Origin: a virus
DNA length: 64,000 nt
IMG/VR virus record: IMGVR_UViG_3300040758_000047
Coordinates: 1 to 64,000 of that record
Reading direction: 5' to 3' (one strand)
Shown: positions 10,059-19,917 of the stretch, piece by piece
Numbering within the stretch: the first letter of the stretch is position 1
Layout: each line of letters starts with the position of its first letter
Notes under the pieces: model-generated
The model's database searches: none
What the model saw: the letters and a program-made list of their open reading frames with translations, nothing else
What the model was told of the DNA's origin: nothing
Made by a program: the position numbers and the translations under genes

Positions 10059-10562
10059 ATGCCCAAGACCAAGTGTAAACCACTTCCTGAAATCCCCCAA
10101 CGCTACATCGATAAATTCCGCTCGCTCATCGAAGTCGGGGGACCAGATGAATGCTGGCCCTACAGGGGCAAAAAGAACAACAAGGGATACGGGCAGGTCG
10201 TTATCTATAGAAACGACATCGAGCGCAAATTGCTGGCGAACCGCATCGCATATTTCCTTCACTATGGCGAAGATCCGTACCCGTTTCTGGTGTGCCATAC
10301 TTGCGACAACCCACCATGCTGTAATGGAAAACATCTGTTTAAAGGAACGCACCACACCAACCACGAAGACATGGCCAACAAAGGCAGAGGAACTCGCGGC
10401 GAATGGGATGCAATGGCTAAGCTCACCGCTCCTAGGGTGTTGAAAATCAGGGAACTCTGGGCGAGCGGGAGATGGAGTCAGCCGACTATTGGGAGAATGT
10501 TCGGCGTTACTCGATCGACTATTGGCCAAATCGTCAGACGTGAACACTGGAAGCATATTTAA
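10059..10562 (+). CDS. free-standing HNH homing endonuclease with C-terminal HTH
   Basis: ECWPY.G..KGYG..ANRIAY..VCHTCDNPPCCNGKHLFKGT..N..DM; antisense insertion between late genes. Confidence 0.9.
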   Translation: MPKTKCKPLPEIPQRYIDKFRSLIEVGGPDECWPYRGKKNNKGYGQVVIYRNDIERKLLANRIAYFLHYGEDPYPFLVCHTCDNPPCCNGKHLFKGTHHTNHEDMANKGRGTRGEWDAMAKLTAPRVLKIRELWASGRWSQPTIGRMFGVTRSTIGQIVRREHWKHI

Positions 10563-10565
10563 CCC

Positions 10566-11186
10566 TCAGAACTTAAAGTTTGGGTTCGAGAACGCTCCCC
10601 CGGCTGCGGTTCCCAGACCGCCCAACCCTTCACCAATAACCCCAAGCTTCGCGGCCTGCTGCTGCTCCTGCACATTCATAACGGCCTGTTCGCTCTGCGA
10701 AGCCCCGCTGTAGCCACTCAACGCTGCGCCTAATTGTTGAAGTCCGAATGCCCCTACGCCAGACCCGATGTTTGCCAGAGTGGTTGGGGCCTGGTTAATC
10801 ATCCCGGCTTCGGTATTCGCCGTCGTCGTTGCCCGTTGAGTCTGGAGATTTGCCAACGCCGCATCCCTTGCCGGTCCTGGCGGGATGTTATTCATGATTT
10901 GTTCTTGCGAAGCGTTAAACCCGCTGGTGATAGTGGAAATAGTGGGCATCGCCGCCGCTAGAGCCGCTGAACGATCACCTGAGGCTAAAGCCGTCTGCTG
11001 AGCGATGAGCGGCTGTTGAAGTTCTAGGGCTTCGGTCTGATTGGCCATGGCTTGCGGGGTTTCCGCTGTGGCGACGGCTGTCTCCTGGTTGGCTGTGTTG
11101 GTCACCGGCTGCGTGGAAGGCCCACCGCGGGTGATTAGGCTGAGACGGGAGACGTACCCGAATCGCCTCCATTGCGAATTGGTCAT
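10566..11186 (-). CDS. putative DNA pilot/ejection protein
   Basis: A/Q/G-rich 206 aa with a Gly-rich C-terminus; synteny. Confidence 0.55.
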   Translation of the reverse strand: MTNSQWRRFGYVSRLSLITRGGPSTQPVTNTANQETAVATAETPQAMANQTEALELQQPLIAQQTALASGDRSAALAAAMPTISTITSGFNASQEQIMNNIPPGPARDAALANLQTQRATTTANTEAGMINQAPTTLANIGSGVGAFGLQQLGAALSGYSGASQSEQAVMNVQEQQQAAKLGVIGEGLGGLGTAAGGAFSNPNFKF

Positions 11187-11189
11187 GCT

Positions 11190-11762
11190 TTAACCCCCAG
11201 TCCCACGTTGTACTCGCCAGTCCTCCCTAGTCAGGTAGGACATGACGGCGTCGGCAGGAACTCCATGGTACGATGCGAACTTTGGCAGAGGGGGTAAAAA
11301 AGTGAAGCCGAGCCGTCTCCCAAAAATCAGGGTGGCCCGGTTGTCAGCGAGGCTCAAGCCGTACAGGATATCAAGGTTTTCCGTTTCAAACGAATACTCA
11401 AGGGTCTTCTCGATCAACCGCAAAGGAATCCGGTGGTGCATGTATTCCCTGAATATTACGAACCCGCAATCGGCTTTCCGTCCTCCAGAACCTCCCCGGA
11501 TGCTCCAGAGCCACGCGAGACCGGCCAAGCGTGCTTCATGGGCATCGTTGCGGATAAAACAGCCGAGATAGCGGTTGTCCTTGGCTTCAAGCCACCCGAT
11601 GAACTCTTTGAGAGTGGGGACGTGGCTGAAGAAGACTGTCTCCAGAAGGTTATCGGCCTCCATCTGAATATAGGCTCTGGCCATCAAACTCTGAGAAATG
11701 TCGCTGGCTACGAACACCTCTGGGTGCGCTTTTATCTGGAGTACGCTGGTAGCGGTAGCCAT
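11190..11762 (-). CDS. GNAT-family acetyltransferase-like protein
   Basis: CGFVIFREY..DNRATLIFGRRLGF GNAT motif; usual podovirus position; ATG at 11762 preferred. Confidence 0.75.
   Translation of the reverse strand: MATATSVLQIKAHPEVFVASDISQSLMARAYIQMEADNLLETVFFSHVPTLKEFIGWLEAKDNRYLGCFIRNDAHEARLAGLAWLWSIRGGSGGRKADCGFVIFREYMHHRIPLRLIEKTLEYSFETENLDILYGLSLADNRATLIFGRRLGFTFLPPLPKFASYHGVPADAVMSYLTREDWRVQRGTGG
11200..11213. promoter_or_regulatory. parS-like palindromic site
   Basis: GTCCCACGTTGTAC. Confidence 0.7.
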
Positions 11763-11800
11763 CACTTTCAACTTTAGTCTTATGTCGTTAAAAACACAAT

Positions 11801-12904
11801 CTAAGCCCTCAACCAAAACGAACAGGTGAAGTACGCCGGTAACCCACCGTTTGCCACAGTTGGCGGATTGATGAGCGCCTGTGAAACCGTCACGTTATGG
11901 GTGTGCGTCTTCAGCGTGACCTGATTTCCGGTCCCTGTACTCACGGCAACGTCCGCGCCGCTTTCGCTGATAGTGCTGGCGCTTGCCGGTACTTCCAGTG
12001 TTGGGCTCGTAGCGGGGTTAACTGTTTCGCCGTAACCTCCGCCGAAGATGGCCGCTACGGTTCCGTTATAGTTGGGCGGAGTAACGCTAGTCGTTCCCCC
12101 AGTTGCCGTGGTGCAAGTATGTGCAGCCCCATCGCACGGGTACCATACCCCGCCTGGGGGAGCCGCCGCCGCCATCACGATGAACTGGGAACCGGGATCT
12201 CCCGGCGCATTACCCCAAGCAGTGCCGCTCCAAAGCCATTCGTGCATGTAAGTCTGATCGCTGAAACGAAATCCCGCATCGCTGCTCGACAAGTCTGTGG
12301 GCATATTCGCGTAGGAAGACGTAAACACACCGCTTTGGTAAACCCACACATTTGTCCCCGAGATTTTTTGGACGACGTAGGTTACTTGCCGGTCGCTGAA
12401 TGTGGAATTGCTTTCGAAGAATTGTGTCCCGGCCGGATACTTGGATGCCGGATAATGGGCTAGGCGGTTGGCATGGGTGTCGATCAACGTAAAAGGACCA
12501 CTTGTTGAGATACCCGCTCCCGATGAAGGGGTCACATCCTGCCATGCCGATCCGCTCCATCGGTATAACTTGACCGGGGTCGTGCTGGTCAATAGCAAGA
12601 CTCCCGCATCACTCGATATCAGATTTCCACTCCCCGAAGTCGTGCCGTAGATGATCCCCGCGACATAGGCCCACTGAGATGCACCGCTTATCATCTGCGA
12701 TTGGTAGGCTACATTCTGATCGGTAGCCACGAAGATGCTTTTCGGGTATTTGGCTGCCGGGTAATTGACCCGGTTGGCGTAAATGTCCGAATACACTACC
12801 CCGTCATCGGTGACTATCTGTTCACAGATTCTTTGAATGAGTGTATTGAAGCGGGTGCAGGCTCCAGTGAAGTCGGATTGAGTACAACCGAAGGGGACGT
12901 TCAT
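11801..12904 (-). CDS. tail-associated/fibre protein
   Basis: Beta-rich internal repeats and a collar-like PPGGVWYPCDG motif. Confidence 0.55.
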   Translation of the reverse strand: MNVPFGCTQSDFTGACTRFNTLIQRICEQIVTDDGVVYSDIYANRVNYPAAKYPKSIFVATDQNVAYQSQMISGASQWAYVAGIIYGTTSGSGNLISSDAGVLLLTSTTPVKLYRWSGSAWQDVTPSSGAGISTSGPFTLIDTHANRLAHYPASKYPAGTQFFESNSTFSDRQVTYVVQKISGTNVWVYQSGVFTSSYANMPTDLSSSDAGFRFSDQTYMHEWLWSGTAWGNAPGDPGSQFIVMAAAAPPGGVWYPCDGAAHTCTTATGGTTSVTPPNYNGTVAAIFGGGYGETVNPATSPTLEVPASASTISESGADVAVSTGTGNQVTLKTHTHNVTVSQALINPPTVANGGLPAYFTCSFWLRA

Positions 12905-15900
12905 CAGCCGCCGCCTTCCCCGAGAGTCATCATTTCGCTGAAGGTGATTTGTTTGTAAACCGCGTGCCGGTCAGATCCCAAGTATAGAAGTTCCAAGCCG
13001 CTCCCTTCCGCAAAAAACATAAACGGCGATGAGGAGTCCAACTGGACCCGGTAAGTCTTAGACTTGTTCAACCCGCTCCCCCATACGCTAGGGAGAAGGA
13101 ATCTCTCCTCTGAACGGGTAGCGTGGGCAGGAAGTGTTACTTCAAACGTGCCAGTGTCAGAAATAAGCGTCAGCGTCACCGGCGCCGGACACAGGTACTT
13201 CCACCATCCCTGCTTGACCAATTTCCAAAACTTCCAGCCACATGTCTGCTCGTAGCTATCCCAGTGGGTGACGGCGGCTGGCTCTTTGACGTGATCGAGA
13301 CTCCAGTCCCAGAGTTTGAAGGCCCCATTCGGGATAATCACTAATCGCCACTGCGTCCCACTCAGATTCGATGGGCAGGCTACCACAACCCTACGGTTGT
13401 CATAGGTGGTGTTCACTGGGAAGGTGGCGACTGTCCCAGCTTCGCCAGTTTGTAGATTGACTCCGGCTAAAGTTCCTTCTGTGTCTACGGTTAGAATTAG
13501 ATTTCTCGCCAACTTTAAGAACGGCCACCCGAACGAGTTCCACGGCGTACACAGTATGCTGTCAGGAGGATCTGGGGAGTTCTCCTGGTTGAATGGTGCC
13601 CAACGGGAAACTCCCCAATTATAGACTTGGGATAGTCCTCCACTACCAGCCGTAACAAGCAGTCTCCACATCTTTCCGAAGACGTCCACCGGAAGCGCGT
13701 AATTGACCTTTCGACTTGTAACTACACCAGTGTGGGAGAAGGAGAAGACCGAGCCATTCTCGTTTTCAAGAACGATATTCGCGGCGATCCCTCCCGTGTT
13801 CGCATCCAACCAAACCCAAGTAGGGTTCTTGTCATCCGGGGTTTCAGCGTCACGCCACGGTAACCACAATATCTGGGTCGGAGGGGCTTGAGATGTTCCC
13901 TCTGTAAACGGCGTCCATCTTGCTAGTCCCCAATCGAACACCTGTGCTTTACCCTTCGTTCCCGGCGTTAGAATAAGCCGCCACATCTTACCGAACGTGT
14001 CTGCTGGTATCGGGTAAGAGTTCTTGCGGTTGTCCACCGTTCCCGTATGCGTAAATGGGAACACATCTCCAGTCTCGTTTACCAACTGACATGCACAAGC
14101 GATGTTAGCCGTGTCCATATCAACCCAGACCCAAGTCGGGTTTTCCTCGACTGGTCCCTGTGCTGGCTTCCATGGGGTTGAGTAGATGATGTCCGCAGGA
14201 TAGTCCGTCTTGTCGAAGGTGTACTTCCACTGCTTGAAACCGATTGGCAGAGGGGTTGTGATTGGATACAGACGGATCAATTTGGCAATCGTATCCACAG
14301 CGATGGGGAAGGTACACTTGCTTCTGTCGCCAGTCAGCGTAAACTGTCCCACGTTGGACACCAGCGTTCCACCACCGATTCCATTGATGATGTCGAGTTG
14401 CAGGACTACGTTAGTGCCCGTAGCGGCAAGCGACAGATCCCATTCGACCGTCACTGTCCTCAAATACTTGTCGTAACCATGCCCGAGATCATCCCAATCT
14501 CCAGAGTGAACCACGTCGGCCTTGTCCGCCTTCTGGAAAGAGAACCGATGGCTGAACAATTGAAACATCCCGCCGTCAGTGGCAATCGAGGTTTGAGTGG
14601 TGTCCACAAATAACCGCCACTTTTTACCGATCAGTCCAGGGGGTATGGTGATGTTTCTGCGCCGGTCTTTTTCTGTAGTGGTTACAGTGAAGGTCCAGGG
14701 ATTTCCACCAATCATCACATTCGCTCCGTCTGCCTGGACGTTAACGGTGACCGGCCAGTTATTCGTATTCACTTCCAGGTCAATCTGGTTGGCGTATTTG
14801 TCGTACTCGTATCCGTCGTCCTCCCAAGGGGTATAGGACACAATGTCGGGCGGGTAATCCTCCTTTTCAAAGTCCACATTCAAGATGCGGAAGAAGAACG
14901 TGGAGGCCGTATTGAGAGTGAACCCACCCTCAGGACCCCCAAGAGCAATGGGCCGCAGGCGAACTTCCTTGACAATGGTTCCATCGGCTATCGGGAACGT
15001 CTTCAATGTCCGACCAGCTCCGCTGATGTCGGCAGTGAGGAGGGTAAACGACTGGACAGCTTCTCCGTACAGGAAAGAATCGCGTCCCGTGAGGACGTCC
15101 ATGACGATGGTTTGGTCAATTCCCCGAATAACGTCAAACTCCACCGTCATTTGGTAAAGCCGCTTGTCGTACTTATAGCCAAGGTTCATCCAATCAGTAG
15201 CCCCGCTGGTCGTCTGGATGCCAACGTCGTAATACTTCATGACCAGCGAATAGAAGGTCATTCTGGCCGGATAAGCTTGACCATAGATTCGATACGAAAA
15301 GGCCCTCGCTTCCTGACCATAAACCGTGGGTGGAGTTCCAGCAACCATGCCGGGGAGAAGCGAAATTAACTTTCTTCCAACAGTGCTGCCCGATTGGTAG
15401 TCGCTGAGGGGAAGAGTCACCGTGATCGTATTCACTGCCACATCGGAATAGTTCAACAGGATGTCGATACTTAGAGTCGCGGTTGCAGTATTCCCGGTGA
15501 CATCGAGATCAAGCAAGGCTTCCTGTAGTACCTTCTGTGATTCAGGAGAGCCGAAATCAAACCACGGCAGAGAGACCGAGAATGCGATGGGGCCTCCCTG
15601 CGTCGTTGGATCGGTCGTAAATGAGTCGCTAGTGAAGTTATAGTACGCGACGGTGGGCGGAAATCCAGGAACAACAGTGACTGGCACGATGGTTTCCTGG
15701 TCGTGCATCACGAACGATACGTTATCCAGCCCGGTCACTGACTCGATCATCATGCCAGTATCGGGTTCCGTGTAAGCGACAAAATCCAGATTGAATCCAA
15801 CACTTACAAACTCCTTCCACCTATCCCCAAACCTTGGCTCACAGATCAAGCGCAAATAAGACCCCCCAACCGCTGGGTACAGGAGATGGACCTCTCCTCG

Positions 15901-17952
15901 GACATATTCCATCAAACATTGGGACCAGCGTGAGGTATCTATTGGAAAGAACTGATTTTCAGTCTGACCCATCGACACCAGGCCGACTGGACCGCCGCCG
16001 TGGAAGATATTATCAATCGCCTCCGATCTCTTTCTGAGGTTACCTCCATCCCATGAATACACTCCGTCAACCGCCAGAAACCAAATTTCGGTATCCGTCT
16101 GGCACCATGCCCTGCGCCCGACTACACCCCTATTGGTAACCTGAACTGGCTGCACCAGAGATCCGTCGAGAATCAGCGTCTCGAAGAGCGAGTAAAGATT
16201 AAGCGAAACAATCTGGCCGCGAAACACGCAGAGATCTTTAATAGGATTGGACGGTGTTCCAGCCGCCACCACAGCTACAGATCCATCGGCGGGAGTGACC
16301 GCAACGGCTTCTGGCTGATCGCCTTTGGTCCGGTAAATGTAGTGCGGATTATTGGGATCTCCAGCGATGACCAAGAACTGTTGGTACGGAATCACCGTGA
16401 AGCATGGTTGGTTACAGATAGTGTCGATCTCGAAAGCGCCTTGCGGATACGCCGAATGAGTATGCTGAAAAAATGCGATGAACTGATTCGCTCCTGTTAT
16501 CTTTTGGATGATAACGTCCTCAGGATTGTCGTAGTACAAGTGCATCAGGGTTCCGGCTGTCACCCCAACTAAACTCCCATAGCCCGTAGCTAAGGTGACT
16601 GTCACCCAACCAGGGTTAGGTCCTGTGGTTAGTTGCGCCGTGGTAATCGCTGCGGAGAAATTTCCCGTGATCGGTTGAGGGGGGCCGCTTGGGACTGGCG
16701 GATCGTTGTCCGTAACCAATAGCCGATTCGGCTCCAAGTCCACATCGGCGACATTATCGATAAACGCTACCTGTGTGGGCGGCGACGTTATGGGCGGGTT
16801 CGCCAAGGACCCAACAAGCCTCCAAGCGTCGTAAAGTAACCCGCCGCGCCGGTAGATGTTAATGGTCCCAATTTGCGGGTCGCTGCTACCGTAGACCAAA
16901 ACTTTGACGGCCTGGAACAGAACGGACGCCGGTTGGCCAGAATAAGACAGCCCGTCCCCACCGAATCCAGCTTGAGTGGCCGCGCTGTCCGTCAGCATTG
17001 TCTGGGAGGGGTTGCCTTCGTTATTGGTGTCTGAGGCCACGAACGTGTAACGGTAATCATAAGGAGTCGAACTGCTCGGGCTGTTGGGTGTGCCGCCGTT
17101 CAAATTACCCGTTCCACCGATCGTGAACACTACAGTGCTTTGACCAGGATTCCCTACTAGTCCGCCGCCACCCTGAAATTGGATTGTAGGTTGTGAGGTA
17201 TAGCCCGTGCCTCCGCTTATCATCGTGAAAGACGTTAGACTTCCGGCAGAATCTCCAGGTTGGATGATTGAAGTGAATGTCCCGTTGGCTCCAGTTCCTC
17301 CACCACCAGTGGTTGTCCAAGTTCCGTATGGGACGAAGCAATCGTCATGCCCTGCCGTGAAGACCAATGAGATTAGGCGGCCTTGTGAGCTTGATGCGTT
17401 GTACGCCGCGACCAGAGGCACTCCCGCCGCTGGCAAGATGCCCCAGTTATGCAGGACGTTACCATTTGGGAGCGTAGTCGAATACGGGGATGCTCCGTTA
17501 TCCTTGAGCATCTGAAGTTCACTGGCGATGAAGGCCCAACTTCCACCCACGTTACCAGCCGCGTAGGCGGCCATTCGGAAAGACTTGCTCGTAAAGTTCG
17601 ATAAGGTATTGATGTTCGGAGCGACTTCAGTGAAGGTGTTGTAATCTAAGGTCCTATATAGACCTGTTACCCCAATCAATGATGTCGCTCCAATGTACCT
17701 AGGATTGGTCGAAGGGACTAGCGGATTCTCCCCAGGGGTATTAACCAGTTTTTGAATGCCGTAAGCGAAGCTGGGTCCAGAGAGTGTACCGCCGATTGAT
17801 CTCCTGCCGGACCTTGTGGAAAGCGAGCCCTCCTGCTTGACTTCGCAGTTAGACATGGATCGGTACTGACTGTCCTTGAGAAGGTTCGCGGCCTCCTTTG
17901 TTATGAGACCATTGGAACCGAATTGAAACTTCACCGACTTTGGATCAGCCAT
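12904..17952 (-). CDS. tail nozzle / head-closure-like structural protein with repeated C-terminal domains
   Basis: 1682 aa; N-terminal GL..N...GSLSTRSG, propeller-like middle (WFLAVDGVYSWDG), repeated W-D-G..K modules. Confidence 0.65.
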   Translation of the reverse strand: MADPKSVKFQFGSNGLITKEAANLLKDSQYRSMSNCEVKQEGSLSTRSGRRSIGGTLSGPSFAYGIQKLVNTPGENPLVPSTNPRYIGATSLIGVTGLYRTLDYNTFTEVAPNINTLSNFTSKSFRMAAYAAGNVGGSWAFIASELQMLKDNGASPYSTTLPNGNVLHNWGILPAAGVPLVAAYNASSSQGRLISLVFTAGHDDCFVPYGTWTTTGGGGTGANGTFTSIIQPGDSAGSLTSFTMISGGTGYTSQPTIQFQGGGGLVGNPGQSTVVFTIGGTGNLNGGTPNSPSSSTPYDYRYTFVASDTNNEGNPSQTMLTDSAATQAGFGGDGLSYSGQPASVLFQAVKVLVYGSSDPQIGTINIYRRGGLLYDAWRLVGSLANPPITSPPTQVAFIDNVADVDLEPNRLLVTDNDPPVPSGPPQPITGNFSAAITTAQLTTGPNPGWVTVTLATGYGSLVGVTAGTLMHLYYDNPEDVIIQKITGANQFIAFFQHTHSAYPQGAFEIDTICNQPCFTVIPYQQFLVIAGDPNNPHYIYRTKGDQPEAVAVTPADGSVAVVAAGTPSNPIKDLCVFRGQIVSLNLYSLFETLILDGSLVQPVQVTNRGVVGRRAWCQTDTEIWFLAVDGVYSWDGGNLRKRSEAIDNIFHGGGPVGLVSMGQTENQFFPIDTSRWSQCLMEYVRGEVHLLYPAVGGSYLRLICEPRFGDRWKEFVSVGFNLDFVAYTEPDTGMMIESVTGLDNVSFVMHDQETIVPVTVVPGFPPTVAYYNFTSDSFTTDPTTQGGPIAFSVSLPWFDFGSPESQKVLQEALLDLDVTGNTATATLSIDILLNYSDVAVNTITVTLPLSDYQSGSTVGRKLISLLPGMVAGTPPTVYGQEARAFSYRIYGQAYPARMTFYSLVMKYYDVGIQTTSGATDWMNLGYKYDKRLYQMTVEFDVIRGIDQTIVMDVLTGRDSFLYGEAVQSFTLLTADISGAGRTLKTFPIADGTIVKEVRLRPIALGGPEGGFTLNTASTFFFRILNVDFEKEDYPPDIVSYTPWEDDGYEYDKYANQIDLEVNTNNWPVTVNVQADGANVMIGGNPWTFTVTTTEKDRRRNITIPPGLIGKKWRLFVDTTQTSIATDGGMFQLFSHRFSFQKADKADVVHSGDWDDLGHGYDKYLRTVTVEWDLSLAATGTNVVLQLDIINGIGGGTLVSNVGQFTLTGDRSKCTFPIAVDTIAKLIRLYPITTPLPIGFKQWKYTFDKTDYPADIIYSTPWKPAQGPVEENPTWVWVDMDTANIACACQLVNETGDVFPFTHTGTVDNRKNSYPIPADTFGKMWRLILTPGTKGKAQVFDWGLARWTPFTEGTSQAPPTQILWLPWRDAETPDDKNPTWVWLDANTGGIAANIVLENENGSVFSFSHTGVVTSRKVNYALPVDVFGKMWRLLVTAGSGGLSQVYNWGVSRWAPFNQENSPDPPDSILCTPWNSFGWPFLKLARNLILTVDTEGTLAGVNLQTGEAGTVATFPVNTTYDNRRVVVACPSNLSGTQWRLVIIPNGAFKLWDWSLDHVKEPAAVTHWDSYEQTCGWKFWKLVKQGWWKYLCPAPVTLTLISDTGTFEVTLPAHATRSEERFLLPSVWGSGLNKSKTYRVQLDSSSPFMFFAEGSGLELLYLGSDRHAVYKQITFSEMMTLGEGGG
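14346..14359. promoter_or_regulatory. parS-like palindromic site
   Basis: GTCCCACGTTGGAC. Confidence 0.7.
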
Positions 17953-17973
17953 GTTATTACATCGACCACACCG

Positions 17974-19917
17974 TCACTGAATCCAACTGCCCATCACCAG
18001 CGGAGGGAGAGCGCCCGGCATCGTGCCATCGCTCGCGGCGTTCGCCTGGTTGATGTTAAGCGGCTGGTACCAGCTCGCCATCGTCGCGTAAATGATGTGC
18101 GGATCGCACTTCGACGGGGGGGCTACGCTGGTGATCCCCGCTGTCGCCGCTAGCGGAACATTGAACAGCGCCATGCAATTGGCTAGGTCCGCCATCGTTC
18201 CCGGCCCTCCGATCAGCGCATCGTAGTCCACCAAGCCCCGGTAAGGACCCACTCCTGCATAGCCGGTGCTCGATCCACTCGGCATATTCGACCACACCGG
18301 GCTCACGCTGGAGATATCTCCATAGGTCGCGCTCGGATGGGCTGCCGTGCCGTTGTCCCAGTGGTTGCCTTGAGCCGCCGAAGGCCAATAATTATTCGTG
18401 TTCCCCGCCGTCCAGTTGTTGCATGCCGCACCGCCCCACGTGCAGGCGGTTGCATTGTAGGTATTGCTCGTGTCCGGCTCGATACCGTAAGTCCACCCGA
18501 AGACTAGGTTGTCTTTGGCAATCACGTTGACATCGGCGTTGCCGGTAGATTCGCCGGGGGAGAGCCCTTGACTTTCGCCTGCCGCGTCGGGCAGCGATGC
18601 GATGACCGTGTTGTGAGACTCGGTGGTCCCGTTTGTGCCGCCGTTGCCGATGGAGTGAAAACAGATGTTTGTGTTGACGGGCTCGCTGCCGATTACCAGA
18701 CCCACGTTGCGCGTCACGCAGACGTTGTGGGCGAAGATGAAATTCGTCGTGTTCGCCGAGCCATTGTACTGAAGCACTCCGCCGCAGCCCTGGCACGCGT
18801 TGACGCTCCGCACGTTCGGCGTGATGCCGATGTTGTATTGGTAGATTGCAGTGCCCGTTCCGCCCGCCTGTCCCGTGCCGTCGTAAATCTCGTACTGATC
18901 GGTGTGGATGTTGGTCGTGTTCGATGGAACCAGCACGATTGAGTCGGGAGTGTTCGAATTGGAATAGTACGTGGTAGCCACGTCGCCGACCACGTTGTAT
19001 TGGGTCAAGATCGGGCTCAGCAGATTGCCGCCCCAGGAACCGGCTCCAAGCAACGGACCTTCATGGGCGCTCGAAGAAAACCACCCGTTCCCGCTGAGCG
19101 TCAGAGAAAACGCCTCATTCGGACTGGTCGCACCCTGATAGAACGTCATGGCGCTTTGCGGATTCATTGCCACGTTGTTCTCGACCAGAATGGGCTTTTC
19201 ACTGTAGTTCGTGTAGTCGCAGATCAAGGCGGTGGTCGAGTTGCATCCCGTATCGGCCGAAAAGCCGATCCAGAGGTTGTTCTCAATAAGGGTCGAACCC
19301 CCATTCCCCCAGACGCTATGGGCTTGGATCGCGTCCCAGCCGCCGCCGGAGAACACCGCGTCGATCAGCTGAAAGCCCGGGGTGCTGCCGCTGTTCCCGA
19401 AACCGACGTTGATACATTGAATGCTCGCGGCGGAAGAGCCGCAGGGCGACGCAACGATCACGTTTTGCAGATTCCAGACCGCATCGCCGTAAGATCCGCA
19501 ACTGCTATCGGCGTGAAATGCGATGGGAGACGTACCGTTCACCGAGTTGACCGTGACGTAGTTGGACGGGCTTGCAGCGCTGAAATCGAGCGTTCCGCTC
19601 TGGCAGACATCGAAGCCGAACATACTGGTGCCCCAGACCGTTCCGGTGCTTGCAAAGAGATAGTTCCGAATCCCGGCACCGTCGAGCTTCAGATCTCCTT
19701 GAACCTTGATCAGCCCCCCCACCGTCCATGTGGGAATGTTGTTAGTCACCGTATCGCCAGCAGCGATTACGACGGCATAGCCCGTCCCGTTGGGCACAAC
19801 TCCCCCAGCCCACGTTGACGTGCTGTTGGCCGGGCCGCCGCCACTGCCGTTCGACGTAACGGTGGTGACGGCGAAACTGAGCGAGCAGAAAGCGAAAATG
19901 GCAAGGATGGTCTTCAT
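17974..19917 (-). CDS. beta-helix/spike-like protein with signal peptide
   Basis: ATG at 19917 overlaps the upstream TGA (ATGA); MKTILAIFAFCSLSFA signal; TWAGGVVP..VVIAAGDTVT; Asn-ladder repeats. Confidence 0.7.
   Translation of the reverse strand: MKTILAIFAFCSLSFAVTTVTSNGSGGGPANSTSTWAGGVVPNGTGYAVVIAAGDTVTNNIPTWTVGGLIKVQGDLKLDGAGIRNYLFASTGTVWGTSMFGFDVCQSGTLDFSAASPSNYVTVNSVNGTSPIAFHADSSCGSYGDAVWNLQNVIVASPCGSSAASIQCINVGFGNSGSTPGFQLIDAVFSGGGWDAIQAHSVWGNGGSTLIENNLWIGFSADTGCNSTTALICDYTNYSEKPILVENNVAMNPQSAMTFYQGATSPNEAFSLTLSGNGWFSSSAHEGPLLGAGSWGGNLLSPILTQYNVVGDVATTYYSNSNTPDSIVLVPSNTTNIHTDQYEIYDGTGQAGGTGTAIYQYNIGITPNVRSVNACQGCGGVLQYNGSANTTNFIFAHNVCVTRNVGLVIGSEPVNTNICFHSIGNGGTNGTTESHNTVIASLPDAAGESQGLSPGESTGNADVNVIAKDNLVFGWTYGIEPDTSNTYNATACTWGGAACNNWTAGNTNNYWPSAAQGNHWDNGTAAHPSATYGDISSVSPVWSNMPSGSSTGYAGVGPYRGLVDYDALIGGPGTMADLANCMALFNVPLAATAGITSVAPPSKCDPHIIYATMASWYQPLNINQANAASDGTMPGALPPLVMGSWIQ

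Noticed and set aside
9957-10556. 199-aa minus-strand ORF (likewise 44518-45285 minus)
   Set aside because: Antisense to well-supported nuclease genes
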